This document shows, piece after piece, positions 1-9,397 of a DNA stretch of 64,000 nucleotides. The stretch lies in contig DASUEN010000170.1 of assembly GCA_036275055.1 (NCBI GenBank), forward strand, positions 8,118-72,117, in the 5' to 3' direction. The notes beneath the pieces are model-generated. The model was not told the DNA's origin. It searched no databases and saw only the letters and a list, made by a program, of their open reading frames with translations. Each line of letters opens with the position of its first letter. Positions within the stretch are counted from its first letter, which is position 1. A program made the position numbers and the translations under genes. The stretch comes from Thermoanaerobaculia bacterium (lineage in GTDB: Bacteria; Acidobacteriota; Thermoanaerobaculia; Multivoradales; UBA5704).

Positions 1-1352
1 TCGCCACGGAGCTCGCGGCGATCATCCTCATCTTCACCTCCCAGGCCTGGAACATGACGTACAGCTTCTATCAGTCCGTCACCACCGTGCCGCAGGAGAT
101 CCGCGAGGCGGCGGCCATCTTCCGCCTTTCCCCCTGGCTGCGCTTCCGGGTGCTGGAGCTCCCCTTCGCCGCCGTAGGGCTGATCTGGAACAGCATGATG
201 AGCTGGGCCGGCGGCTGGTTCTTCCTCATGGCCGCGGAGATCTTCAAGGTGGGAAGCCGCGACTTCCGGCTGCCGGGCCTCGGTGCCTATCTGCAGACGG
301 CGGCGGATGCCAACGACCTCAGGGCCGTCGCCGCCGGCGTGCTGACGCTGGTCCTCACCATCGTGCTCCTCGATCAGCTCCTCTGGCGGCCGATCCTCGC
401 CTGGGCGGACAAGTTCAAGGTGGAAATGGTTTCGAGCGACGCGCCGCCGCTGCGGTCGTGGTTCTTCGGCGTCCTCAACCGCTCGCATTTGATCGAATGG
501 CTGCGGCACCGCTTCTGGGCGCCTTTGACCGAAGCCCTCGATCGCCGCGCCGTCCTGCCTGCCGAGGCCGGCGAGAGCACGCGGACGAAAGTCCTCTGGC
601 GGCGCCTGGGCGCCGGGCTCGCGGCTGCCCTCGGGGTGAGCGCGGCCGGAGGGCTGCTCTACGGCGTCTATCGCGCGATCGAGGCCCTCGCGGGGATGAC
701 GGCGGCCGCCTGGGGTGGGATCGGCACCGGCGTGCTGGCGACGTTCGGGCGGGTGGTGGCCTCGCTGATCCTGGCGCTCTTGTGGACGATTCCGGTGGGA
801 GTGGCGATCGGCACCAACCGGCGGCTGGCGGGAGTCCTCCAGCCGGTGGTGCAGGTGGTGGCCTCGATCCCGGCGACGGCCCTCTTCCCCGTGCTCGTCC
901 TGGCCCTGCTGCGGGTGCCGGGAGGGCTCAACCTGGCGGCCGTGGTGCTGATGCTGGCGGGCACGCAGTGGTACCTGCTGTTCAACGTCATCGCGGGCAC
1001 GGCGGCCATTCCCCAGGACCTGCGGGACTCCGCGGACCTGCTGCGGCTCTCCCGCTGGCAGCGCTGGCGCACCCTGACGCTGCCGGCCCTCTTCCCCTTC
1101 CTCGTCACCGGCGCCATCACGGCCGGCGGCGGCGCCTGGAACGCCAGCATCGTGGCGGAGTACGTGACCTTCGGCGGCAAGGTCCACAGCACGACGGGGA
1201 TCGGCGCGCTGATCGCCCAGGCCACCGCGACCTCCGACTACCGGCTGCTTCTGGCCTCGACGCTCGCCATGATCCTCGCCGTGGTGGGGCTCAACCGCAC
1301 CTGGTGGCGCTGGCTCTATCATCAGGCCGAGGTGCGCTTCAAACTGGAGTGA
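1..1352 (+). CDS. ABC transporter permease, NitT/TauT (nitrate/sulfonate/bicarbonate) type; 5' end outside window
   Basis: Track ORF 54..1352. The same frame stays open back to base 3 (..ILIFTSQAWN-MTYSFYQS..). Many hydrophobic helices. The stop lies 4 nt before the cognate ATPase gene. Confidence 0.8.
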   Translation, partial: ATELAAIILIFTSQAWNMTYSFYQSVTTVPQEIREAAAIFRLSPWLRFRVLELPFAAVGLIWNSMMSWAGGWFFLMAAEIFKVGSRDFRLPGLGAYLQTAADANDLRAVAAGVLTLVLTIVLLDQLLWRPILAWADKFKVEMVSSDAPPLRSWFFGVLNRSHLIEWLRHRFWAPLTEALDRRAVLPAEAGESTRTKVLWRRLGAGLAAALGVSAAGGLLYGVYRAIEALAGMTAAAWGGIGTGVLATFGRVVASLILALLWTIPVGVAIGTNRRLAGVLQPVVQVVASIPATALFPVLVLALLRVPGGLNLAAVVLMLAGTQWYLLFNVIAGTAAIPQDLRDSADLLRLSRWQRWRTLTLPALFPFLVTGAITAGGGAWNASIVAEYVTFGGKVHSTTGIGALIAQATATSDYRLLLASTLAMILAVVGLNRTWWRWLYHQAEVRFKLE

Positions 1353-1355
1353 GGC

Positions 1356-2657
1356 ATGACGACGACCCTGACGAGCGAAGACCTGCTGACCGTGCACGGC
1401 GTCACCAAGTCCTACGGCGCGGCCGGCAATACTTTCCTTGCCGTCAAGGATGTCGACCTGCGGATCGCGGAAGGGGAGTTCGTCTGCCTCCTCGGCCCCT
1501 CGGGCTGCGGCAAGTCCACGCTGCTGCGCATCATCGCCGGGCTGATGCCGGCAACCTCCGGCGAGGTGCTCTACTGCGGCCGCCATATCGAGGGGGTCAA
1601 TCCGTACGCCACCATCGTCTTCCAGACCTTCGCCCTGTTCCCCTGGCTGACGGTGGAGCAGAACGTGACCGTTGCGCTCAAAGCGCGCGGCGTCGATCCG
1701 CCCACGCGGCACGCCACGGCCCTGCGGCTGATCGACACCGTGGGGCTCGACGGCTTCGAGAAAGCCTATCCGCGGGAGCTTTCCGGCGGCATGCGCCAGA
1801 AAGTGGGGTTCGCCCGCGCCATGGCCGTGGAGCCCGAGCTCCTCTGCCTGGACGAGCCGTTCTCCGCCCTCGACGTGCTCTCCGCCGAAGCCCTGCGCGG
1901 CGAGCTCATGGAGCTGTGGCTGGGCAAGAAGCTCCCCACCCGCGCCATCCTCATGGTGACCCACAACATCGAGGAAGCGGTGCTGATGGCGGACCGCATC
2001 GTGGTGATGGGCAAGAACCCGGGGCACGTGGTGACGGAGATCCCGGTGACCCTGCGCCACCCCCGGGCGCGCAAGGACACGGCGTTTCAGGCCCTGGTCG
2101 ATCGCGTCTACGCCGCCGTCGCCGGCCACACCCCGTCGGAGGCCGAAGCCCTGGGCACGGCCCCCGGCCAGCCCGGCCTCACCCGCCGCTTGCCGCCGGC
2201 CCGCATCAACGCCCTGAGCGGTCTCATGGAGAGGCTCAACGAAGAAGGGGGACGCAGCGACCTCTACCGCCTGGGCGCCGACCTCCAGCTCGAGCTCGAC
2301 GACCTGCTCCCCGTGCTCGAAGCCGCGCAGCTCCTCGGTTTCGCCCAGGTCACGGAAGGGGACGCCGTGCTCACGCCGCTGGGCAAGGCCTTCGCCGAGG
2401 CGAGCATCCTCACCCGCAAGCAGCTTGTGGCCGGCCGCATCCTGCGCCAGCCCACGGTGCTGTGGATCTTCGAGACCTTGGAGAAGGACGACAACCAGCG
2501 GGTGGCGCAGTCCTACTTCCTCGACAAGCTCCGCGCCGACTTCGGCGACGAAGCCCCCCGCCAGCTCGAGCTCGCCATCAAGTGGGCCCGCTACGCGGAG
2601 CTGTTCGCCTTCGACGACGATACGGACGAGCTGTTCTTGGAGCGGGGGCAGGAGTAG
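1356..2657 (+). CDS. ABC transporter ATP-binding protein (NitT/TauT family) with extra C-terminal domain
   Basis: Walker A GPSGCGKST, signature LSGGMRQKV, Walker B LLCLDEPFSALD. About 180 aa follow the ATPase core. Confidence 0.9.
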   Translation: MTTTLTSEDLLTVHGVTKSYGAAGNTFLAVKDVDLRIAEGEFVCLLGPSGCGKSTLLRIIAGLMPATSGEVLYCGRHIEGVNPYATIVFQTFALFPWLTVEQNVTVALKARGVDPPTRHATALRLIDTVGLDGFEKAYPRELSGGMRQKVGFARAMAVEPELLCLDEPFSALDVLSAEALRGELMELWLGKKLPTRAILMVTHNIEEAVLMADRIVVMGKNPGHVVTEIPVTLRHPRARKDTAFQALVDRVYAAVAGHTPSEAEALGTAPGQPGLTRRLPPARINALSGLMERLNEEGGRSDLYRLGADLQLELDDLLPVLEAAQLLGFAQVTEGDAVLTPLGKAFAEASILTRKQLVAGRILRQPTVLWIFETLEKDDNQRVAQSYFLDKLRADFGDEAPRQLELAIKWARYAELFAFDDDTDELFLERGQE

Positions 2658-2679
2658 GGGCCTGCCCCTTCCAGACTCC

Positions 2680-3207
2680 TCAAACGCGCAGAAACTCGCT
2701 GGCGCTCAACGGTGCGCGGAACGTGGCCGAGCCGTTGCCGGCGGGGATGGCTTTGCCGGCCGGCCGGCGGAGCTGCTCCTGGCCGAAGAGGCGTTTCAGG
2801 AACTTCATCGCCTCCTCCTCGACGAGCGCCTGGGTGACGTCGGCGAGCCGCAGCTTGTCGGCAACGAGGCCGAAGCCGATCCCCTCGTGGGTAATTTTTA
2901 CGATCTGGGTGGAGTCGTCGCCATAGAACAACAGGGAGCGATCGTAGTCCTCCCAGCGGTCGAGCTTGACCTTCAAGCCGGCGGCGGTGGAGTGGTGGAA
3001 GATCGAGGCGGACTCCACCTTGCCCACCATCACGTCCTTGACCATCTCCAGTACCGGCACGATCATGGAACGCACCACGCGATTGAAGTCCCCCCGAAAG
3101 GGGTCGTTCTGCCGGAGAAGCCCCTCCGCCCAAGCCCTCTTCTCCTCCAGCAGCTCCGTATGTCCCTTGAGGAGGCTCCGCAGCCTTTCGAGATTGGCCT
3201 TGTCCAT
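2680..3207 (-). CDS. hypothetical protein (175 aa)
   Basis: Clean ORF with non-repetitive composition, convergent with the ABC operon. No motif recognised. Confidence 0.55.
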   Translation of the reverse strand: MDKANLERLRSLLKGHTELLEEKRAWAEGLLRQNDPFRGDFNRVVRSMIVPVLEMVKDVMVGKVESASIFHHSTAAGLKVKLDRWEDYDRSLLFYGDDSTQIVKITHEGIGFGLVADKLRLADVTQALVEEEAMKFLKRLFGQEQLRRPAGKAIPAGNGSATFRAPLSASEFLRV

Positions 3208-3320
3208 GGGAAACTGTCCTTTCGTTCCGCCCGAACGCAGCGGCTGTATAGGGCTGGGAAGACTGCGAAGAGCGTGCCAGGGGCGACACCTGCTAGGCTA
3301 TCCCCACCGAGGAGGCCCCC

Positions 3321-3827
3321 ATGGAGATCCAGCGCGTCGAGCCGTTCCTGGACTACTTCGAGAAGGTGCGCGAGCGCACCCGCCGCGTCGTCCTCTGCGT
3401 TCCCCCCGAGCGCCTGGAGTGGACCCACAAGCCGGGGGCCTTCACCTTCGGCGACTTGATCCGCCATCTCGCCGCCATCGAGCGCTACATGTTCGCCGAG
3501 AACGCGCAGTGCCGGCCCAGCCGCTACCCTGGCCACGGCAAGGAGCTGGCGGACGGCTGGAGCGCCGTGCTCGCCTACTTCGACGAACGGCACCGGGAGT
3601 CGGTGGAGATCTTCACCCGCCTCACCCCCGAAGACCTCACCCGCCGCTGCGAGACCCCGGGCGGCGCCAAGATCGCCGTCTGGAAATGGTTGCGATCGAT
3701 GATCGAGCACGAGATCCACCATCGCGGGCAGATCTACCTCATGCTCGGAATCCTCTGGATTCCCACGCCGCCACTGTATGGCCTCACCTCCGAAGAGGTG
3801 TACGCCCGATCCATGGGAGAAACCTGA
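3321..3827 (+). CDS. DinB-family (DinB_2-like) metal-dependent protein
   Basis: Four-helix-bundle-type sequence ending in ..MIEHEIHHRGQIY.., typical of DinB/YfiT-like proteins. Confidence 0.75.
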   Translation: MEIQRVEPFLDYFEKVRERTRRVVLCVPPERLEWTHKPGAFTFGDLIRHLAAIERYMFAENAQCRPSRYPGHGKELADGWSAVLAYFDERHRESVEIFTRLTPEDLTRRCETPGGAKIAVWKWLRSMIEHEIHHRGQIYLMLGILWIPTPPLYGLTSEEVYARSMGET

Positions 3828-5113
3828 TGCGAACGAAGAAGCTCCGGAAGTGGGCGCTGCTCCTGGCCGCCGCTGTCCTCGCCGCCGCCGCGGGACGAGC
3901 GCAAACGCCCCCGCCTTCGGCTCCAGCCAAACCGAGCTTCGAGGAGCGCCTGGCCGCGAAAGCCGCGCAGAACCGCTATGCCGTAACTTACAAGGACGGC
4001 GCCTTCTCCGGTCCGGGTTGGGACCTGCTCCTCACTCAGGGACGGGCCTCCCGCTTCTTCCTGGTAGGCGAGGAGCACGGCATCGCCGAGGTGCCCGCGG
4101 TCGTACGCGAGCTGTTCCGCGCCCTGGCGCCGGCCGGCTACCGCCACCTGGCGCTGGAGATTTCGCCTCCCGTGGCCGCGGCGCTCGACGAAACGGCCCG
4201 CGGCGGCTTCGCGAATCTCACGAAGTTCTATGCCGACCATCCACCGGGAGTCGTCTTCTACACCCTGCGCGAGGAGACCGAGCTCCTGGCCGCGGTGCGC
4301 GCGGCGGTGCCCGGGCCCGACGCCGTGCTCTGGGGTTTCGATTACGAAATACTGGCCGATCATTACCTCTTGGGCGGTGTGCGCGACCGCGCGCCCGAGG
4401 GGCCGGCGAAAGCCGCGGCCACGGCGCTCTACGAAAAATCCGGCGCCGCCTTCAAAACCGTGAAGGAGACGGGGAATCCCGCCGCCTTCTTCTCCTTCGG
4501 CAACCCGCCCGAGATCTTCGCCGGCCTGAAAGCCGCGTGGCCGCACCCCGACGCCGAGAGCGCCCTGGTGATCGACGTGCTCCAGGAGACGCTCGCCATC
4601 AATCAGATGTTTGTTCACGATCAGAACTGGGAGTCGAACCAGCGGCGCGCCCAGCTCAACCGGCGCGATTTCCTGCGCTACTGGAACGCGGCCAAAGCCA
4701 AGGGCGAGCCGCCGCGGGTGATGTTCAAATACGGCGGCAACCACATGGTGCGGGGTTTGAACATGGCGGAGGTCTTCGACCTCGGCAACCTCGCCTCGGA
4801 GATCGCCAACGCCGAAGGCTCGCAGTCCTTCCACCTCCTCGTCATCGGCGGCGCCGGCACCGAGCACGCCATCTTCAATCCCGTGAAGGTGACCTATGAG
4901 CCCGCGCCCATCGAGGAGATGGCGGAAAAATACTTCCAACCCATCGGCAGCCAGGCCCTGCCCGAGGGATTCACCTTGATCGACCTGCGCGCGCTACGCC
5001 CGCTTTTGACCGCCAACGTGGCGGCGAAAGTCGATCCCGACCTGATGCGCTTCGTCCAGGGCTTCGACGCCGTCCTCATCCTGACCGGCAGCCACCCGTC
5101 GAAACCGCTGTAA
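3827..5113 (+). CDS. secreted protein, tentatively Tiki/ChaN/erythromycin-esterase-like superfamily
   Basis: ATG at 3827 overlaps the DinB stop (TGATG). Signal peptide MRTKKLRKWALLLAAAVLAAAAGRAQ. FLVGEEHG motif. The upstream part of track ORF 2966..5113 is discarded. Confidence 0.6.
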   Translation: MRTKKLRKWALLLAAAVLAAAAGRAQTPPPSAPAKPSFEERLAAKAAQNRYAVTYKDGAFSGPGWDLLLTQGRASRFFLVGEEHGIAEVPAVVRELFRALAPAGYRHLALEISPPVAAALDETARGGFANLTKFYADHPPGVVFYTLREETELLAAVRAAVPGPDAVLWGFDYEILADHYLLGGVRDRAPEGPAKAAATALYEKSGAAFKTVKETGNPAAFFSFGNPPEIFAGLKAAWPHPDAESALVIDVLQETLAINQMFVHDQNWESNQRRAQLNRRDFLRYWNAAKAKGEPPRVMFKYGGNHMVRGLNMAEVFDLGNLASEIANAEGSQSFHLLVIGGAGTEHAIFNPVKVTYEPAPIEEMAEKYFQPIGSQALPEGFTLIDLRALRPLLTANVAAKVDPDLMRFVQGFDAVLILTGSHPSKPL

Positions 5114-5130
5114 GCTGAAAGGACCGGAGA

Positions 5131-5703
5131 GTGGCCATGACCCGCAGCGACAACCTTTACGCCCTGCCCGAAGGGCTTCCCGTCCCGGTGGACGACGGCG
5201 CCTGCGATCATCTCCCCGGGCTCCGCATTCCCGCGCTCCTCCTCCCCTCGACCTCCGGAGGCCGGGTCGATCTGTCATCGTTACCAGGTCGGACCGTCGT
5301 CTACCTCTATCCTCACACCGGCCGGCCCGACCGCGACGCCCTCCCTGGCTGGAACGACATTCCCGGCGCCCGCGGCTGCACGCCGCAGACCTGCGCTTTC
5401 CGCGACCATCACGCCGAGCTGCGCGGTCTCGGGGCCGCCGTCTTCGGTCTCAGCACGCAGAATACGGACTATCAGAAAGAAGCCGTCGAGCGTCTCCACC
5501 TCCCCTTCGAGCTGCTGAGCGACGAGCGCTTCGAGCTGATCGAGGCACTGCGCCTCCCCACCTTCGAGCTGGCGGGGATTCGCTTCGTGAAAAGGATCAC
5601 GCTCATCCTGCGGGACGGCGTGATCGAAAAGGTTTTCTATCCGGTGTTCCCGCCCGATCAGAACGCCGAAGAGGTGGCGGCGTGGTTGCGGGAGAATCCA
5701 TGA
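5131..5703 (+). CDS. peroxiredoxin (Bcp/AhpC-TSA family)
   Basis: ..GARGCTPQTCAFRDH.. peroxidatic/resolving Cys block; thioredoxin-fold length. Confidence 0.8.
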   Translation: MAMTRSDNLYALPEGLPVPVDDGACDHLPGLRIPALLLPSTSGGRVDLSSLPGRTVVYLYPHTGRPDRDALPGWNDIPGARGCTPQTCAFRDHHAELRGLGAAVFGLSTQNTDYQKEAVERLHLPFELLSDERFELIEALRLPTFELAGIRFVKRITLILRDGVIEKVFYPVFPPDQNAEEVAAWLRENP

Positions 5704-5720
5704 GGAGAGGAGGCAGGATC

Positions 5721-6497
5721 ATGACCCTTCACCGCACGTCGTTCTTGGCCGTGATGATGCTCGCGCTGGCTGGGCCTGCTATGGCCTGGGGTCCCACGGG
5801 ACACCGTGTCGTGGGACGGATCGCCGAGCATCACCTGACCCCGGAAGCGCAGCGGGCCGTGGCGGCGATCCTCGGTCCCGAGAGCCTCGCCCGCGTGAGC
5901 ACCTGGCCGGACGACATTCGCTCCGACCCGAACTGGAAGCAGTCGACGCCCTGGCACTTCCTCAGCATCGACGACAACGAGACCCTGGAGACCACCGCGC
6001 GAGCCCCGGAAGGGGACGTCCTTTCGGCCATGCAGCGCTTCGAGAAAGTCCTGCGCGATCCGCAAGCCGACCGTAAATCGAAAGCCGAGGCCCTGAAGTT
6101 CCTGGTGCATTTCGTGGGCGACGTGCATCAACCCCTGCACGTGGGCCGCCGCGCCGACCGCGGAGGCAACGAGATCATCGTCCTCTGGTTCAGCCAGCCC
6201 TCGAACCTTCATTCCGTCTGGGACGGCGGCATGATCGATGCGACCAAGCTCAGCTTCTCCGAGCTCGCCGAGTTCATCGATCACCCGACAGCGGAAGAGA
6301 TCACGACCTGGCAGAGTGCCCCCTACGCGGACTGGATCAAAGAATCCTTCGACGCCCGCCAGCAGGTCTACGACATCGGCAAGCGGGACCTGAGCTACGA
6401 CTACGCCTTCCGCCAGATGCCCCTGGTGGAACGCCGGCTCGTGCAGGCCGGCGTGCGGTTGGCAGGGCTGTTGAATTCGATCTTCAAGGGGCAGTAG
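5721..6497 (+). CDS. S1/P1 nuclease family protein, secreted
   Basis: GGAGAGGAGG RBS then ATG at 5721. Signal peptide ..LALAGPAMA-WGPTGHRVVG (mature N-terminal Trp typical of S1/P1). HFVGDVHQPLH. Confidence 0.85.
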   Translation: MTLHRTSFLAVMMLALAGPAMAWGPTGHRVVGRIAEHHLTPEAQRAVAAILGPESLARVSTWPDDIRSDPNWKQSTPWHFLSIDDNETLETTARAPEGDVLSAMQRFEKVLRDPQADRKSKAEALKFLVHFVGDVHQPLHVGRRADRGGNEIIVLWFSQPSNLHSVWDGGMIDATKLSFSELAEFIDHPTAEEITTWQSAPYADWIKESFDARQQVYDIGKRDLSYDYAFRQMPLVERRLVQAGVRLAGLLNSIFKGQ

Positions 6498-6515
6498 GTC
6501 CTCCCAGCCAGGCCC

Positions 6516-6704
6516 TCAAGTTGGGCATGGAGGCTGGCTGCAGACCACTCCGCTCGGCGTGGTGCAGCAGAAATCGCAGCAGATGAGCTGGCCGACCTCG
6601 TGGCAGGTGGTCCTGCAACTGGCTTCGGCGGGGCGGACTCCCACAGCCAGGGCGGCGGCGGTGAGGAGCAGCAGGAGACCGAGGTGGATCAGCTTCTTGT
6701 ACAT
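6516..6704 (-). CDS. small secreted cysteine-rich peptide (62 aa, 8 Cys in mature part)
   Basis: GAAGGAGGA RBS 5 nt before the ATG. Signal peptide MYKKLIHLGLLLLLTAAALAVGVRPAEA. Mature peptide SCRTTCHEVGQLICCDFCCTTPSGVVCSQPPCPT. Confidence 0.6.
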   Translation of the reverse strand: MYKKLIHLGLLLLLTAAALAVGVRPAEASCRTTCHEVGQLICCDFCCTTPSGVVCSQPPCPT

Positions 6705-6814
6705 GGCGTCCTCCTTCACGGGTTGAAGTGCCCTCCAAGAAGACAGGTGCTCCCCAAGGGGGGAAAGCGAGCAGGCGGAGGTGGACGGAGACGCGCGGGT
6801 TCGCCGGGCGGCTC

Positions 6815-7177
6815 TCAGATCCGCTCGAGGTTCTTGCGGGTCAGCCCGCTCTCTTCGGCGTTGCCGGTATTGAGAGTGGAAGCCGGCTCGAAGAGGAGGA
6901 TGTGTACCTCTTCCTCGGCCACGGGCCGGTGCTCGACGCCGCGGGGCACAACGAGGAATTCCCCCTCTTCCACCCAGACGTCGCGGTCCCGAAACTCCAT
7001 CCGGAAGCGCCCCTTGACGACGAGGAACAGCTCGTCCTCCGCCTCGTGATGGTGCCAGACGAACTCCCCCTTGGCCTTGACCAGCTTCACCTGCTGGCCG
7101 TTCAGCTCCCCGGCGATGCGCGGGTTGAAGTAGTCGGTGAAGGTGGCGAATTTCTGTGCGAGGTTCACCTTGTCCAT
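6815..7177 (-). CDS. cupin domain protein
   Basis: ..GEFVWHHHEAEDELFLVVKG..VVPRGVEHRP.. two-motif cupin signature. Confidence 0.85.
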   Translation of the reverse strand: MDKVNLAQKFATFTDYFNPRIAGELNGQQVKLVKAKGEFVWHHHEAEDELFLVVKGRFRMEFRDRDVWVEEGEFLVVPRGVEHRPVAEEEVHILLFEPASTLNTGNAEESGLTRKNLERI

Positions 7178-7325
7178 GCGGTCCCCCTTGGGGGCAACTC
7201 TACTCCGGGAGGAGATCCCTCGACATGACGTCGAGCGATCTCAGGGACGGATCGTTATCCGCCGCTTCGAGGCCCTCATCATCCAGACCTCCTCTCCCGT
7301 AAACTCTCCAGAAAGGAGACTCCTC

Positions 7326-7481
7326 ATGATCTCGATCCGGGTGATCCTGCTCGCCCTCCTTGCCGCGGCTCCGGCCCAGGCCCAAGCCCCGGTCCCCGCA
7401 CAGCCGGCCGCCGTCGAGCGGCTCGCGCACGTCGTCAAGCTGTGGACCTGGGGGAAGGCTACGAAGCCCTGGTGCGGATGA
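7326..7481 (+). CDS. signal-peptide ORF fragment, probable displaced N-terminus of the downstream S41 peptidase
   Basis: AAGGAG RBS then ATG at 7326. MISIRVILLALLAAAPAQAQA. It ends at 7481 inside the start of ORF 7442..8893, in a different frame. Confidence 0.4.
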   Translation: MISIRVILLALLAAAPAQAQAPVPAQPAAVERLAHVVKLWTWGKATKPWCG

Positions 7482-8893
7482 CCGAGATCGTCCCTTTCCC
7501 CGGCTGGAAGGGGCTCCACGCCGATGCGGAGGTGCCGCAGGCCGGGCCGGGCCAGCCGGACGCAGCCTTCGCCGCAGCCCTCCGCCTGGCGAAAGAAGCC
7601 GCGCCGCCGGCCGCCGCCGCCAGCCTCTCCTCGGGTGAGCCGCCACAGGAAGCCGTCTGGCGTCCGGACAAGACCTATCCCGAGATGAAGGACCCGTCGC
7701 CGGAGTACCGGCTGCTGGCCGTGGCCCGGATGTGGAACGTCATTCATTTCTTCTATCCCTACAAGCACCTGATCGGCGACTGGGACGCCGTCCTGCCGGA
7801 GTCGATCGCCAAGATGGAGGCGTCCAAGGGCGCCCGCGGCTATGCCCTCGCCCTGGCGGAGATGGCCGCCCACGTGGCCGATGGGCATACGAGGCTCTCC
7901 GGGCTCCCCGAGCTGGACCGAGTCCTCGGCGAGGATTGGCCGCCGGTCGGTGTGCGCTGGATCGCAGGCGCCTGCGTGATCACCGGCGTATTCGGCGATC
8001 CGGCCGATCCGGCCCCGGGAGCTGCGGAGATTGCCGCCGGCGACGTCGTCCTGAGCGTGGACGGCAAGAGTGTGGCGGAGCGGTTCGCCGAGCTGCGTCC
8101 CTATGTGACGGCCGCCACCGAGGGCGCACTGCAGTCGAAGCTCTGCACGCACGCCCTCGCCGGGGCCAAGGGCTCGCAGGCGGTGCTCAGCGTGCGGGGG
8201 CGAGAGGACAAGGTGAAGGAGGTCAAGCTCCAGCGTGGAGCCTGGAAACGGGGCCTGACTGGAGACGTCGTCCGCCTCCTGCCTGGCAATCTCGGCTACG
8301 TCGATCTCACCCGCCTCACCGTGCCCGAGGTGGACGGCATGTTCGAGAAGCTCAAGGCGACCCGCGGCATCGTTTTCGACATGCGCGGCTATCCCCGCGG
8401 CACGGCGTGGGCGATCGCGCCGCGGATCAATACCCGCGGCACCGTCTATGGCGCCACGTTCCGGCGGGCCGAGGTCTCCGCCATGACGGACGCCGACCTC
8501 GCCGAGACCGGTTTCCACTTTTCCCAGCCGCTCCCGGTGTCGCCGAAGTGGAAGTACACCGGCAAGACGGTGATGCTGATCGATGAACGGGCGATCAGCC
8601 AATCCGAGCACAGCGGCCTCTTCTACGAAGCGGCGAACGGCACGAAATTCGTGGGCACTCCCTCGGCGGGCGCCAACGGCGACGTGACCGATCTCACCTT
8701 GCCGGGCGGCGCCGACATGTTCTTCACCGGCCACGACGTGCGCCACGCCGACGGCCGCCAGCTCCAGCGCATCGGCCTGGTTCCGGACGTGCTCGTGGCG
8801 CCCACGATCCAGGGCCTGCGGGATGGTAAAGACGAAGTGCTGGACCGGGCGATGGAGGTCCTCAACCAGGACCTTGCAGAGCACCGCCCTTGA
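7442..8893 (+). CDS. S41-family (tail-specific-protease-like) peptidase; N-terminus probably frameshifted
   Basis: ..LAVARMWNVIHFFYPYKHL.., ..MLIDERAISQSEHSG.. (Ser nucleophile block), ..FVGTPSAGANGD... No signal peptide in this frame. Confidence 0.7.
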   Translation: MDLGEGYEALVRMTEIVPFPGWKGLHADAEVPQAGPGQPDAAFAAALRLAKEAAPPAAAASLSSGEPPQEAVWRPDKTYPEMKDPSPEYRLLAVARMWNVIHFFYPYKHLIGDWDAVLPESIAKMEASKGARGYALALAEMAAHVADGHTRLSGLPELDRVLGEDWPPVGVRWIAGACVITGVFGDPADPAPGAAEIAAGDVVLSVDGKSVAERFAELRPYVTAATEGALQSKLCTHALAGAKGSQAVLSVRGREDKVKEVKLQRGAWKRGLTGDVVRLLPGNLGYVDLTRLTVPEVDGMFEKLKATRGIVFDMRGYPRGTAWAIAPRINTRGTVYGATFRRAEVSAMTDADLAETGFHFSQPLPVSPKWKYTGKTVMLIDERAISQSEHSGLFYEAANGTKFVGTPSAGANGDVTDLTLPGGADMFFTGHDVRHADGRQLQRIGLVPDVLVAPTIQGLRDGKDEVLDRAMEVLNQDLAEHRP

Positions 8894-8980
8894 GTGTCCC
8901 GGCATCTCAAGGGTCCGCCGGGCCTCCGTAGTAGAATCGTGCTCTCGGATCCCAAGAGCGCCCTTCGAAAGGAGGCCCGG

Positions 8981-9397
8981 ATGTTTTGCCCCGAGTGTCA
9001 AGGAGAGTACCGGGAGGGGTTCGTCAAATGCGCGGACTGCGGCGTTCCGCTGGTCGAAAAGCTCCCCGAGCCGGAGCAGGAGAAGGATGAGTTTCCGGAC
9101 GCGACGCTGGTGACGCTGCTGCAAACGGCGGACCCCAACGAGCTCGCCTTCGCGGAGGCCGTGCTGACCGATGCGGAAATCCCATTCGTGAAGAAGGGAG
9201 AAGGCGTGCAGGACCTCTTCGCGCTGGGACGCGTGGGGCTCGGCTTCAATCCCCTCACCGGACCGATCGTCCTCATGGTCTCGGAGGAGCACGCCGAGGA
9301 AGCGGCCAGGCTCCTCGAGGAATCCGAACAGGCGGAGCTCGATGGCATGGAGGAGCTCGCGGAATCGGATCGGTACGACGACGAGGAGGAGGCTTGA
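8981..9397 (+). CDS. DUF2007-like protein with N-terminal zinc ribbon
   Basis: GGAGG RBS then ATG at 8981. MFCPECQGEY..CADCGVPL. Acidic C-terminus. Confidence 0.6.
   Translation: MFCPECQGEYREGFVKCADCGVPLVEKLPEPEQEKDEFPDATLVTLLQTADPNELAFAEAVLTDAEIPFVKKGEGVQDLFALGRVGLGFNPLTGPIVLMVSEEHAEEAARLLEESEQAELDGMEELAESDRYDDEEEA

Noticed and set aside
458-2926. An 822-aa ORF, together with many other long ORFs on the opposite strand or in alternative frames of real genes (for example 19309..21471, 32873..35464, 36896..38605, 43204..44190, 44862..46301, 48790..49950).
   Set aside because: They are Arg/Pro/Gly/Ala-rich shadow ORFs typical of high-GC DNA. Each lies fully inside or antisense to a gene with clear family motifs, and none has motifs of its own.
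2966-3826. N-terminal 287 codons of track ORF 2966..5113.
   Set aside because: This stretch overlaps the antisense of gene 2680..3207 and the DinB gene in another frame. A signal-peptide start at 3827, coupled to the DinB stop, explains the gene.
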